Below are positions 28,110 through 39,563 of a stretch of 64,000 bases of DNA, piece by piece. A program made the translations under genes and the position numbers. Within the stretch, counting starts at the first letter, position 1. Every line of letters begins with the position of its first letter. The notes beneath the pieces are model-generated. The model did not search any database. It worked only from the letters and a program-made list of their open reading frames with translations, and was not told the DNA's origin. This DNA comes from an uncultured Chloroflexia bacterium (GTDB lineage: Bacteria; Chloroflexota; Limnocylindria; Limnocylindrales; CSP1-4), in contig CAVVJX010000009.1 in the NCBI GenBank assembly GCA_963748675.1, forward strand, positions 140,931 through 204,930. The letters run 5' to 3'.

Positions 28110-30715
28110 CCCTCGCCGACGTCCTGACCCTCGCACTCGGCGTCGCCTACCTGAGCGTCCTCGTCATCGTCGTGGGCGAATACCGCCGGCGACGCGAACC
28201 GGTCAGCCGCGCCGTGGTCGCCGTGTTCCTCGCGGTGTTCGTGCTCTTCGCGGTCACCGGCCTCGGCCGGCTGCTGCCGGGACTCGGGATGTTCACCGGC
28301 GCCGCCGCGTTCGCGGCATTCCTGGCACTTCCGGTCCTCACCCTCAACCTGGTCCGGCACTTCCAGGCGGTCCCCGACTGGCTGATCCGCGCCAGCACGG
28401 CGATCGCGGTCCTGCTCGGCTTGGGCGCGATCGTCGTCGTCGGGGGTGCTGCCGCTGGGACCGGGATCGAGATCGGGACGATCCTGGCAGGGCTGCTGGT
28501 GTCCCTGTCGTTCTTCCTGGTCCTGGAGCTGGTCGCCGCCGCCGGTTTCCTCCACGAGTCCTTCCGCCGCGCTGGGGCATCCCGGGCGAGGCTGATGATC
28601 GCGGGGCTGTCCACGGCGCTTCTGGGGTTCGCCGCGCTCACCATCATCCTCAACGGGCTGGGCGCGGGGTCGGAGGGGACGAGCTCGCCGGGCACCATGT
28701 TCAGCGTCCTGGCCCTGATCGCGGCGTTCGGGTACCTGATCGCCTTCCAGCCGCCGGCGTTCCTGTATCGCCTGGGCCAGCAGGCCACCGCCTACGAGTT
28801 CGTCCGTCGCCTGAACGCGCTCCCGACCGGAGGCGCAGCGGACGACATCTGGCGACTCCTCGCCCAGATCTCGGCCGATTCGATCGGCGCGCGGACGGCG
28901 GCGGTCGCGGTCCGCGACGACCGCGGTCGAGCCCGGCGGATCGCCGTCGGCCCCTGGCCCAAGGACGCCTCAGGCGCCCCGGCCGACCCCAGCCGGCTCT
29001 CGCCGAAGGACCTGCCTCGTCGTTGGCGCCGCATCGGCGTGCCGCTGGCGCTCGAAGGGCGGTCGATCGGCGAGCTCGACCTGTTCGTCGAGGGCAGCCC
29101 GCTGTTCGTCGCCGACGACCTCGCGGTCCTGCAGCTGATCTCGCGCCGGGCGATCCTGGCGGCCGAGCGCGAGGAGGTCCTGGCGGAGCGCGAGCGGCTC
29201 ATCGTCGAGCTGCGCTCGGCCAGTGCCGCGAAGAGCGACTTCCTGGCCGCCATGAGCCACGAGCTGCGGACACCGCTGAACTCGATCATCGGCTTCTCGG
29301 AGCTCCTGCAGCGGCCGATCTCGCCCGACGGTCACGAAGCGGCCACCGTCCAGGAGTTCGCCGGCCACATCCACGGGTCGGGCCTCCACCTGCTCGAGCT
29401 CATCAACGAGGTGCTCGACCTCGCGAAGGTCGAGGCCGGCAAGCTGGACCTTCGCCCGACTGTGTTCGACCTGGAAGAGCTCGTCCGCAACACGATCGGG
29501 CAGATGCAACCGCTCGCCGACCGAAAGTCCATCCGGCTCGGCGTGGAGGCCGACGGGCGCCAGAGCGTGGAGGCCGACCGGAGTCGCATCCGGCAGGTCG
29601 TCTTCAACCTGTTGTCGAATGCCATCAAGTTCACCCCGGAGGGTGGATCGGTCCGGGTCCTGCTGTCGACCGATAGTCGCAGCGCCCGCCTGGAGGTCGT
29701 GGATACGGGGGTGGGCATCGCGCCGGACGACCAGGCGTCGATCTTCGAGGCGTTCAAGCAGGCGCCGGCGGCCGCCGGGCTCGAGGGCACGGGGCTGGGC
29801 CTCACGCTCGCGCGACAGCTCGTCGAGGCCCACGGCGGCACCATCGCCCTCGAATCCGAGGTGGGCCAGGGCAGCCGGTTCAGCGTCGTCCTGCCGCTCG
29901 GACGGGCGGCGCGCGAGCCCGTGTCCCCGGCCGCGACGGCGGAGGCCGTCCCAGTAGGCCAGCGACTCGTCCTCGCCATCGAGGACGATGCATCTGCGGC
30001 CGAGCTCCTGCGCGTGTACCTCGAGGAGGCCGGTTGCGCGGTCGCGATCGCCCGCGACGGACGCTCGGGGATCGAGCGTGCGACCTCGCTCCGACCCGCC
30101 GCCATCATCCTCGACATCCAGCTGCCCGATTTCGACGGCTGGGAGGTCCTCCAGCGGCTCAAGGGCGCCGAGGCGACGCGCGACATCCCGGTCATCGTGG
30201 TGTCGGTCGTGGACGATGCGCCGCTCGGCTTCGCCCTCGGCGCCGTCGACTACTTCGTGAAGCCGGTCTCCCGCGAAGCGCTGCTTGGGTCGCTCGGCTT
30301 GTTGACGTTCACGACGAAGGTGCAGACTCGGACCGTGACCGCCCTCGTCATCGATGCGGATCCCGCTGCCGGCGCCGGCTATCGGGCGCAGCTGGAGCCG
30401 GATGGCTTCCGCGTCGTGGTCGCCGACTCCGGCGAGGCGGGTATGCAGAAGGCGCGGGACGAGCGGCCCGATCTCATCCTGCTCGACCTCATCCTTCCGG
30501 ACACCGACGGCCCGGACCTGGTCGCCCGGCTCAAGGCCGATCCCGCCACCGCCGATATCCCGATCTGGGTGACGACCCGTGGCGACCTCGACGACGGCGA
30601 GCGCGCCCGGATCAACGGCAAGGTCCAGGGCGTGGTCGTCCGGGGCGGCAACGGGCTCGATGCGATGAAGGGCTGGCTCGATCGGATCGCGGCGGGCCCG
30701 CGCGTGCCGTCGTGA
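28106..30715 (+). CDS. Hybrid sensor histidine kinase (multi-TM input, GAF-like region, HisKA, HATPase, two REC domains)
   Basis: MSHELRTPLNSIIG, NLLSNAIKFT, DTGVGI, GTGLGL, two receiver domains; ATGA overlap with the upstream gene. Confidence 0.93.
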   Translation: MTLADVLTLALGVAYLSVLVIVVGEYRRRREPVSRAVVAVFLAVFVLFAVTGLGRLLPGLGMFTGAAAFAAFLALPVLTLNLVRHFQAVPDWLIRASTAIAVLLGLGAIVVVGGAAAGTGIEIGTILAGLLVSLSFFLVLELVAAAGFLHESFRRAGASRARLMIAGLSTALLGFAALTIILNGLGAGSEGTSSPGTMFSVLALIAAFGYLIAFQPPAFLYRLGQQATAYEFVRRLNALPTGGAADDIWRLLAQISADSIGARTAAVAVRDDRGRARRIAVGPWPKDASGAPADPSRLSPKDLPRRWRRIGVPLALEGRSIGELDLFVEGSPLFVADDLAVLQLISRRAILAAEREEVLAERERLIVELRSASAAKSDFLAAMSHELRTPLNSIIGFSELLQRPISPDGHEAATVQEFAGHIHGSGLHLLELINEVLDLAKVEAGKLDLRPTVFDLEELVRNTIGQMQPLADRKSIRLGVEADGRQSVEADRSRIRQVVFNLLSNAIKFTPEGGSVRVLLSTDSRSARLEVVDTGVGIAPDDQASIFEAFKQAPAAAGLEGTGLGLTLARQLVEAHGGTIALESEVGQGSRFSVVLPLGRAAREPVSPAATAEAVPVGQRLVLAIEDDASAAELLRVYLEEAGCAVAIARDGRSGIERATSLRPAAIILDIQLPDFDGWEVLQRLKGAEATRDIPVIVVSVVDDAPLGFALGAVDYFVKPVSREALLGSLGLLTFTTKVQTRTVTALVIDADPAAGAGYRAQLEPDGFRVVVADSGEAGMQKARDERPDLILLDLILPDTDGPDLVARLKADPATADIPIWVTTRGDLDDGERARINGKVQGVVVRGGNGLDAMKGWLDRIAAGPRVPS

Positions 30716-31119
30716 CCGATGGCATGACGGGTCGCGCGACGGGCCGCCCCGGCGCGCCGATCCTGGCCGTCGAGGACGAGGCCCGCAACGCCGCGTTGCT
30801 GCGGGCGATCCTCGGGCCTGCCGGCTACGACCTGACGATCGCAGGGACGCTCGCAGAAGCCCGCGCGTCGGTCGGCACCAGGCCACCGGCCCTGGTGTTG
30901 CTCGACCGCCACCTGCCCGACGGCGACGGCCTCTCGCTCGCCCGCGAACTGCGAGCGTCCCAGGCGACCGCCGCGATCCCGATCCTGCTCGTCAGCGCGA
31001 GCGTCCTGCCGGTCGACCGGATCGCGGCCCAGGAGGCCGGCTGTGCCGGGTTCATCGACAAGCCCGTTCGCGTCGATGCGTTGCTCGCGGAGATCGCGCG
31101 GCACCTGTCGACCGCCTGA
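30712..31119 (+). CDS. Single-domain response regulator (CheY/DivK-like)
   Basis: ILAVEDE, LLDRHLPDGDG, FIDKP; GTGA overlap with the kinase stop. Confidence 0.88.
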   Translation: MTDGMTGRATGRPGAPILAVEDEARNAALLRAILGPAGYDLTIAGTLAEARASVGTRPPALVLLDRHLPDGDGLSLARELRASQATAAIPILLVSASVLPVDRIAAQEAGCAGFIDKPVRVDALLAEIARHLSTA

Positions 31120-31128
31120 GCCCGAGGG

Positions 31129-31157
31129 TTGCGCGTGGGGGGCGCGGACCGTACGAT
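31129..31157 (+). promoter_or_regulatory. Sigma70 promoter for the sugar ABC ATPase
   Basis: TTGCGC-N17-TACGAT. Confidence 0.6.
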
Positions 31158-31258
31158 GCGGCGACCCCGCGCTGCCACGTACGGGGCCCGTCCACGATCG
31201 CTTCGGCGGCAGGATGCAAGGGCCCGCGATGAGCTGACGGGACGGAGGACTGCGCGCC

Positions 31259-32385
<1,127 letters not shown>

Positions 32386-32389
<4 letters not shown>

Positions 32390-33572
32390 CCGGCGAGCCG
32401 CCCGAACGCGAACCCACGGCCCCGGAGGACCCCTCCGGGGCCGATCTCGTCGAACGAGTCGTCGATTCCCGGGTCCTCCATCGCGGAGCGTTCCTCGAGT
32501 TCCGGATCGACACGGTCGAGCGGGCTGACGGATCGCGCGCGATCCGGGACATCGCCGGCCACCCAGGGGCGGTGGCGATCGTCGCGCTCGACGCCGAGGA
32601 CCGGGTGGCGCTCGTTCGCCAGTGGCGGCTGCCGGCGGATGCGGCGCTCCTGGAGATCCCGGCCGGTGGGCTCGATGTCGCCGCCGACGGCAGCAAGGAG
32701 GACCCCGAGATCGCGTCCCGGCGCGAGCTCGAGGAGGAGACCGGCCTTCGAGCGCGGACGTGGCGGAAGCTCGGTGAGTTCTACACGGCGCCCGGCTTCA
32801 CCGATGAGCTGATGCACCTGTACCTCGCGACGGACCTGGAGCCGGCTGCGGAAGACGGGCGCCTGGGTCCGGACGAGGACGAGCGGCTGATCCTGGAATG
32901 GCGCCCGTGGCAGGACGCGGTCGCGGCCGTCGAACGTGGCGAGATCCGCGACGCGAAGTCGATCGTCGGGTTGTTCTGGCTCGAGCGGCTGCGACGCGGT
33001 CAGGACACGACGGGGACGGCCGCGCCGGTTGCGGCCGCGGCGACGGCGGCCGGCGCGGCCGGCGCGGCCAGCGCGCCAACCGTCGGGGAGTCGGTCACGG
33101 TGACCTACCGGATGACGATGGGCGAGATGCTCCGTGCCAGCGTCGGTCTCGCACGTCGCTCGATCCTCGTGCGCGTCTTCGGGCTGCTGATGGTGGCCGT
33201 GGCGATCGTGCCGGTCATGAATGGCGACGTCATCAGCCTCGTGTTCCTGGTCCTGGGGCTCGCGATCGCGACGGGCTGGTTCACTGCGCCGTTCGCGTGG
33301 TGGATGTTCCGCAAACGGCCGGACCTCGTCGGGGCCGACACGACGCTGACGGTGGACGACGAAGGCATCGGGTCGGGCAGCGACTTCGGTCGCGGACGGA
33401 CCGCCTGGTCGACGTTCCGCAAGGTCCACGACGTCGCCGATTGCTTCCTCTTCGACACCGCGGCGGGCGTCAGCATGATCGTGCCCAAGCGGGCGTTCAC
33501 CGACGCGCAGCTCGCCGTCGTCTACCGCCTCCTCGATCGCAACGGCCTGTTGCCGGCGGCGGTCGGCGCTAG
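32386..33572 (+). CDS. NUDIX hydrolase (ADP-ribose pyrophosphatase-like) fused to a 2-TM YcxB-like domain; probable CTG start and probable terminal frameshift
   Basis: HPGAVAIV, EIPAG...ASRRELEEETG Nudix box, IRDAKSIVGL; then TM helices and AWSTFRKV...IVPKRAF; TAG at 33570-33572 is one base off-frame and would avoid overlap with the convergent gene. Confidence 0.8.
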
Positions 33573-33584
33573 CGCGTTTCCGGG

Positions 33585-34088
33585 TCAGGCCGAGGCGTTC
33601 GATTCAGGGGTGTTCGGTTCGGGTCCCTCGCCGCCCGCGTGGCCATCGGGATCGCGGGTCGGGATCCCGGGCGGCCGGCCCGGGGCGGACGGCAGCCGCG
33701 CGAGGGCGTCGCGGTACAGCCGCGAGCCCGGGCTCAGCGCCACGGCCAGACGAAGGTGGGTGCCGGCCTCGTCGCGCCGCCCGAGCCGCTTGAGGCTCTG
33801 CCCGAGGGCGAAGTGGGCGTAGTGCTCGGACGGATCGAGCTCGAGCAGTCGCTCGAACGTGGCGCGTGCCGCCTCGTGCTGGCCCGAGTTGAAGTACGCG
33901 CGACCGAGCGCCTCGAGGATCGAGGCCTTGCCGGGCTCCGCGCGGTCGGCGCGCTCGAGGACGATCGCCGCCTGGGCGTGATGCCGTCCGTCGAGCAGCT
34001 GCTGGCCCCGCTGGAGCAGCTCGTAGGCGCTCTCCGGGGCCGGGTCGTCGGTGCCGGGCTCGCCGTTCGGCCCGTGTTCGTCGTCCAT
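33585..34088 (-). CDS. Small TPR protein
   Basis: Three TPR-like repeats (LEALGRAYFNSG, AHFALGQSL). Confidence 0.85.
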   Translation of the reverse strand: MDDEHGPNGEPGTDDPAPESAYELLQRGQQLLDGRHHAQAAIVLERADRAEPGKASILEALGRAYFNSGQHEAARATFERLLELDPSEHYAHFALGQSLKRLGRRDEAGTHLRLAVALSPGSRLYRDALARLPSAPGRPPGIPTRDPDGHAGGEGPEPNTPESNASA

Positions 34089-34123
34089 GCGGAAATGGTG
34101 GCACGGAACCGGGCGAGCCGCCG

Positions 34124-35152
34124 TCAGCGCTCCCGGTACGCCGACAGGTCGACCGGCTTCAACCGCGGGGAGTCGGTGATGCCCGGGATCCGGCCGCGCT
34201 TGGCGATCGGGCGTCCGTCGATCTCCTTGATGTCGCCCGTGAAGTCGATCGGGCTCGCGCCGCTGATGTAGGAACCCACGGCGTACGAATCGACCGGGGC
34301 GGCGGCCTCCTTGAAGTACGCGATGCGATCGGGGTTGAGGCCGCCCGAGACCACGATCCGGACGTGCTGGTAGCCCTCCTGGTCGAGCCGGGCCCGAACC
34401 TCGTGCACGAGGTCGGCGGTCACGCGGCCCCGCTCGGACGGCGTGTCCAGCCGGATGCCGTACAGCTTGTCACCGAGCGCGTGGGCGACGCGCAACGCCT
34501 CCTCTGCCTCGTCCTTGAACGTGTCGACCAGCACGATCCGGGCGACGTCCGCCCCGAGATGCCGATCGAACGCCAGCGCGGCCTCGACGGTGTCGCCGAA
34601 GATGAGGACGAGCGAATGGGGCATGGTCCCGGTCGGCGCGAGCCCGGCCAGTCGCGCACCCGCGGGCGTCGACGCGCCGACGCAGCCACCGACGATGGCG
34701 GCGTAATCGAGGACGTCGGTGATGTCCGGGTGGATGTGGCGCGCCCCGAAGCTGATGACGGGATGCGGGGCGGCGGCGTCCACGCATTCGCGCGCGGCAC
34801 TCGCCCAGCCCGTCGAGTGGGCGAGCATGCCCAGGAACGCGGTCTCGTACAGCCCGAACTGGCGGTATCGACCGCGGATGCGCAGGACGATCTCGCGCGG
34901 CCCGATCCGATCGCCATCGTCGAGCGACTCCAGGTGGGTCTCGCTCGGATCGGCGGTGGCCAGCACGTGCCCCAGCAGGTTCTTGGCCTCGTCGATGCCG
35001 CACAGGACCGCCTCGTGGCGGGTGAAGACCTCCATCGTCACGAGCGGGTCGAGGCCCTCGGCGGCGAGGATGCTGTCCGCACGCGCGAAATAGACGTCGG
35101 CGGAATCGCCGGACAGGATCTCGTGCGACGGGCGAGCGCGCTGGATCCCCAT
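34124..35152 (-). CDS. pncB: Nicotinate phosphoribosyltransferase (short, archaeal-like type)
   Basis: ADVYF, SFGARH, GTMPHSL, LVDTF, GIRLDTPSERG, VSGGL, AKRGRIPG. Confidence 0.88.
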   Translation of the reverse strand: MGIQRARPSHEILSGDSADVYFARADSILAAEGLDPLVTMEVFTRHEAVLCGIDEAKNLLGHVLATADPSETHLESLDDGDRIGPREIVLRIRGRYRQFGLYETAFLGMLAHSTGWASAARECVDAAAPHPVISFGARHIHPDITDVLDYAAIVGGCVGASTPAGARLAGLAPTGTMPHSLVLIFGDTVEAALAFDRHLGADVARIVLVDTFKDEAEEALRVAHALGDKLYGIRLDTPSERGRVTADLVHEVRARLDQEGYQHVRIVVSGGLNPDRIAYFKEAAAPVDSYAVGSYISGASPIDFTGDIKEIDGRPIAKRGRIPGITDSPRLKPVDLSAYRER

Positions 35153-35264
35153 CAGTCGGACGCGGCTCCTGGTACAGGTGCATGAACCTCGCCGACGCCC
35201 CGGGACGACGCACCGCCCTGGCCGACGTGGCGGGAGTGTAGACGATGCGCCGACGCGAGAATGG

Positions 35265-37293
35265 TCAGGGGTCGAGACGCGGCCTGGCCTGCATGATCAG
35301 CCGTCGGCGTCGTCGGCGGCGTCGACGTCGAGCCGTTTCGATGACCACCGCCAGGGCGAACACCAGGGCGAGCACGATCAGGCCGATGCTGATCGCCCGG
35401 TTCTGGCCCAGCGACTCCGCGTTCGCCCAGGTCGAGGTGACCCAGTCGGAGGCTGCCGCGGATACCGCGAGATCGCCCTTCGCGAAGGCGTCGCGGGCCT
35501 CGGCCAGCTCCTGCTCGGGTGCCAGCCCCCACAGCCCGAGCGTCATGAACGGGGTCATCTCCGCCGGGCGCAGCGCGGCCGCCGTCTCGTACCGCCCGAT
35601 GACGTCGATCTCGGCAGCCGCCTCGGCCGTCGAGTCGTCGAAGCCGTCGTCGTCCTCGAACGCGAGCCGGAGGCTGGCCGGCGCGATGAGGCCAGCCTTG
35701 GCCGCGGCCGCCGTCACCGTAGAGCGCGCCGCCAGGGCGGCCTCGGCATCGGACAGGAGCGCGGCGGCATCGCTGAAGCGCCACGACCGCAGCGCGTCGC
35801 GGATCGGGCGGGGCAGGTGCCAGTCCCCCGCCGAGACCACCATCTCGTCGTAGCGCTGGCGCGTCTGGGCCCGCGCGTCGAGCAGCGACAGGTCGGTGTC
35901 GCGTGCCACCCACGTTCGCCACAGGTCGTCGTACGTGGCGTCGGTCCGCTCCTCGAGCAGGTCGAGCAGGCCGCGCCAGTCCGGCGGGGCGTCGACCGTC
36001 TCCGCGGCCCCGCCGCTGGCCGGTTGATACGCACCGACCCCGCCCTGGGCATCCCGCCACACGGCCTGCAGGCCCTCATCGCCGGCTCGTTTCGGCGATG
36101 GCCCGGGCGAGGGCCAGCGCCGCGGCATACGCGTAGTCCTCCTCCGCGACGTCCTCCGAGCCGACCGGTCCCCACGCGTTCAGCGGGATCCTGGCCTTCT
36201 CGAGCTCCTCGGTCAGCGCGTCGGCGCGGATCTTCTTGCCGATGTCGGCCGCGGCGACCGTCGCGTAGTAGGACGCGAACGCCTCGTTCGCCCAGCGATC
36301 GGCCAGGAGCGATCCGTTGAACCAGGCGTGCGCCGCCTCGTGGAGCACGACGAAATCGTCGGCGTAGTACGCGATCTCGACCTTGCCGGCGCTCGGGTCG
36401 AACAACCCGGCGTACCCACCGGTCGTGCGGCTCACGGCTTCCTGGACGGTGAGGGGCTTGGAGTATTCGGGCCAGTCGAGCCCGATCCTGGTGCCGAGCG
36501 CGGGCAGGCCCGCGTCCAGCAGGCCGCTGATCCGCTTGGCCCAGGGCTGGTCGTCCTGCCAGGCCCGGATGTTGATCTGGACCGGGGCACCCAGCACGTC
36601 GGTTGCAACGGTGTCGTCACGGTAGGCGCCGGGCCGGTCGCCGACGAGATAGGCGAAGAACTCGAGGGGCTTGGCGAGCTTGCCGGTGCGGAAGATCGTC
36701 CGGCCATCGTCCTCGGTGGTCGGTGCCGCGATCTTGCCGGCCTCGACTTCGACATCGAAGCCCTGCGGGAAGACGACCACGACAGTGCTGCCGGGCGTCG
36801 ACCGCGTCGCGAACGCCCACACCGGGAACGACACCAGCGAGTCGCCGACCCGCAGGTCCCGGGTCGCCGACCCACCCGGGTCCTTGAGGTAGAACGTGAG
36901 GCGATACGTCGCCGACTTCCCGCTGGTGAGCCGCCGCCCGAAGTCGATCCGCAGCTGCACGTCCTGCTTGCGCCGGTCGACGACGCGGACTGCCGGTGAG
37001 CCCGGACCGTCGACCTTGAAGCTGGTCGCTCCGGCCATGACCTGCACGAACGCGTGGTCGTAGTAGTAGGCCGTGGTCGGCGTGTCCTTGCTCGGGTTCG
37101 TCATCCGCAGGTCGACGATCACGCGGACGCGGCGCTGCTTGGGCTGGACGTCGTAGCGCGCATCGCTCGTGAACCGGAGCGGCTGGGCGGCGGCGTGGAC
37201 CTCGGTCGGGGCGGTGGGCCCGACCGGTGCACCCAGCAGGCCGACGGCGGCCACGAAGGCGAGCAGGAGGCTCGAGAGCCGCCTGGCGGTCAC
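35265..37293 (-). CDS. Secreted, C-terminally anchored gluzincin-type metallopeptidase; apparent frameshift near 36090
   Basis: Signal peptide, HEAAHAWF...NEAFASY zinc motif, C-terminal TM helix with a poly-Arg tail (ORFs 36076..37440 and 35265..36128). Confidence 0.75.
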
Positions 37294-37913
37294 ACCGGCA
37301 CCTCGGTGCCGTCCGCGTCGCTCGGGGCGGGCGCGTCTTCGAAGATCTCCGGCAGCCGGTCGGCGAACCGCTCGAGCAGGGCCGCGTTGCGCGGCGTTCG
37401 ATCGCCCTGGTCGGGAGCGTGGCCGCCGATCCACAGCCACGACTTCGCGTCGTCGAGCAGGCGGTCGGCGATGCCCACGATGCGGGTCAGGGCGAGGCCC
37501 AGGGCGTCGGCACCGGCATCGACGCCGGCAGGACCGCCCGCGCCTGAAGCTCGCGCCGGTGCCGCGGCCAGCGCGTCGATGGGCAGCTCCACGGCGAGCA
37601 GCGGCCGCTCGTCTTCCCCGACGCTGAACTTCGCGAACGGGAATTCGTCGTTCCAGCGCAGCAGCTTCCGGTACGACTTGCGGAACATGTCGTTGATGGG
37701 CGGGGCGAAATGCGCCCAGCAGATGAGCGCGAGCGACGGGTCCAGGATGACCGTCACGCGGAGATCGAATCGGCGACGACCGTCGAGCACGAGGTCCCAG
37801 CTGGTGATCCCGTCACGATCGGCTCGCTCGACCGGCTCCAGGCCAAGGTCAGCGAGCCAGCGCTCGACGTCGGCCGGGTGCACCGTGGGCGCACCAGGGT
37901 CGGCGGATGACAT
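37290..37913 (-). CDS. YbjN-domain (T3SS-chaperone-like fold) protein
   Basis: WAHFAPP...YRKLLRWNDEFPFAKFSV pattern; TAGACT -10 8 nt before ATG. Confidence 0.7.
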   Translation of the reverse strand: MSSADPGAPTVHPADVERWLADLGLEPVERADRDGITSWDLVLDGRRRFDLRVTVILDPSLALICWAHFAPPINDMFRKSYRKLLRWNDEFPFAKFSVGEDERPLLAVELPIDALAAAPARASGAGGPAGVDAGADALGLALTRIVGIADRLLDDAKSWLWIGGHAPDQGDRTPRNAALLERFADRLPEIFEDAPAPSDADGTEVPV

Positions 37914-38077
37914 GCCCGCGGAGTCTATCCGATGACCCGCGAACCTGGCGGCCGATGCGTGCGTTGCCGCCTGTGCTCCTCGCTCACGCAGGGATGCCTG
38001 CGCTCGCTCCGGTGCTCGCGCGGCGCCTTCGCCTCGACCGCCATCTTCGCGGGTCAAGGTCCGCACGAACCGCGCGA

Positions 38078-39424
38078 TCAGCCCGCGCCGCCGCCTTTGC
38101 CGCGGGCGCTGGCGACGCCGCGCGGTGCGACGACCGCGGGGATCGGCGCGATGACCTCGCGGACGATCTTCGTGCGCTTCGCGGGTCGAGGTTCCACGGA
38201 CTCGCCGCTCTTGATGACGCGCTTCACGAAATCGGTCGCCCGGACGTCCGCTGCGACCTTCACGTTCCGCCCGATGCGCGCGCCGCGGGGGATGACCGAA
38301 CGCTTGCCGACGACCGTGATGCCGGTGTTCAGTCGGCTCGGCTCGATCTTGTTGGGCTTGTCCGGGAACGGGCCGTCCCCGACGATCGCGCCCGGCCCGA
38401 CGACGACCTCCTTGTCGAGGATCGACCGATCGACGACCGCGCCCGACCGGATGATCGAGTCGAACATGACGATCGAATCGCGCACGACGGCGCCGACATC
38501 GACGCGAACGCCGGGCGACAGCACCGAGTTCACGACCGTGCCGTTGATCACGCAGCCGTGGCTGATCATCGACCGATGGACCTGGGCCGTCGGCCCGACC
38601 TTGGCCGGGGCTCGTTCCTCGGAGCGCGTGTGGATCAGCCAGTCCTTGTCGTACAGGTCGAGCTCCGGGTCGTCGACCAGGAGCGCCATGTTGGCCTCCC
38701 AGAACGACTGGATCGTGCCGACGTCCTGCCAGTAGCCGTTGTAGCGGTAGCCGAAGACCCGGGCATTGGCCTCGAGCATGGCCGGGATGATGTGGCGGCC
38801 GAAGTCGACGCGGTCCTCGGACAGCCACCGGCGCAGGGCCTTCTTCGAGAAGACGTACACGCCCATCGAGGCGAGGTCGCTCTTGGGCTGCTTGGGCTTC
38901 TCCTGCCATTCGATGACGCGATCGGCGTCGTCGAGGGCCAGGATGCCCATCCGCGACGCTTCGGCGAGCGGCACGCGCCGCACCGCGATCGTCACGTCCG
39001 CGCGACGCCGCCGGTGGGCGGCGATGAACGGCTGGTAGTCCATCTTGTAGATGTGGTCGCCGGCCAGGACCACGACGACGTCCGACGGGTCGTGCTCGAC
39101 CACGTTCATGTTGCGCAGCACGGCGTCGGCGGTCCCGCGATACCACTCCGCGACCTTGCCCCGCGCGATGTACGGCTGGAGCAGCTTCACCCCGCCCTGG
39201 TTGCGGTCGAGGTCCCACGGGCGGCCCAGGCCGATGTGGTCGTTGAGCGACCGCGGGTTGTACTGGGTCAGGACGATGACGTCGTGGATGTCCGAGTTGA
39301 CGCAGTTGGACAGCGTGAAATCGATGATCCGGTACTTGCCACCGAACGGGACTGCGGGCTTGGCGCGCTCCTGCGACAGGATCGAGAGGCGCTCGCCTTC
39401 CCCGCCCGCGAGGATGATCGCCAT
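38078..39424 (-). CDS. glgC: Glucose-1-phosphate adenylyltransferase
   Basis: [56 protein letters not shown], left-handed beta-helix. Confidence 0.96.
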   Translation of the reverse strand: MAIILAGGEGERLSILSQERAKPAVPFGGKYRIIDFTLSNCVNSDIHDVIVLTQYNPRSLNDHIGLGRPWDLDRNQGGVKLLQPYIARGKVAEWYRGTADAVLRNMNVVEHDPSDVVVVLAGDHIYKMDYQPFIAAHRRRRADVTIAVRRVPLAEASRMGILALDDADRVIEWQEKPKQPKSDLASMGVYVFSKKALRRWLSEDRVDFGRHIIPAMLEANARVFGYRYNGYWQDVGTIQSFWEANMALLVDDPELDLYDKDWLIHTRSEERAPAKVGPTAQVHRSMISHGCVINGTVVNSVLSPGVRVDVGAVVRDSIVMFDSIIRSGAVVDRSILDKEVVVGPGAIVGDGPFPDKPNKIEPSRLNTGITVVGKRSVIPRGARIGRNVKVAADVRATDFVKRVIKSGESVEPRPAKRTKIVREVIAPIPAVVAPRGVASARGKGGGAG

Positions 39425-39563
39425 CGGTCCGTCTTCACGGTCCGGATCCGCCTCCCGACGTCGATTGGTTCCGTGTCGCGATGCTAGCACGGGGGGTGCT
39501 GGCGAAGGGGTTCCGCCCGGTCAAGGTTGTGTGAACGTTCGGGCCCGGTGCCCGCCGGTCGAC

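Noticed and set aside
25812-31119. Genomic island integrated at tRNA-His
   Set aside because: No integrase, and no duplicated tRNA 3' end was seen in the window
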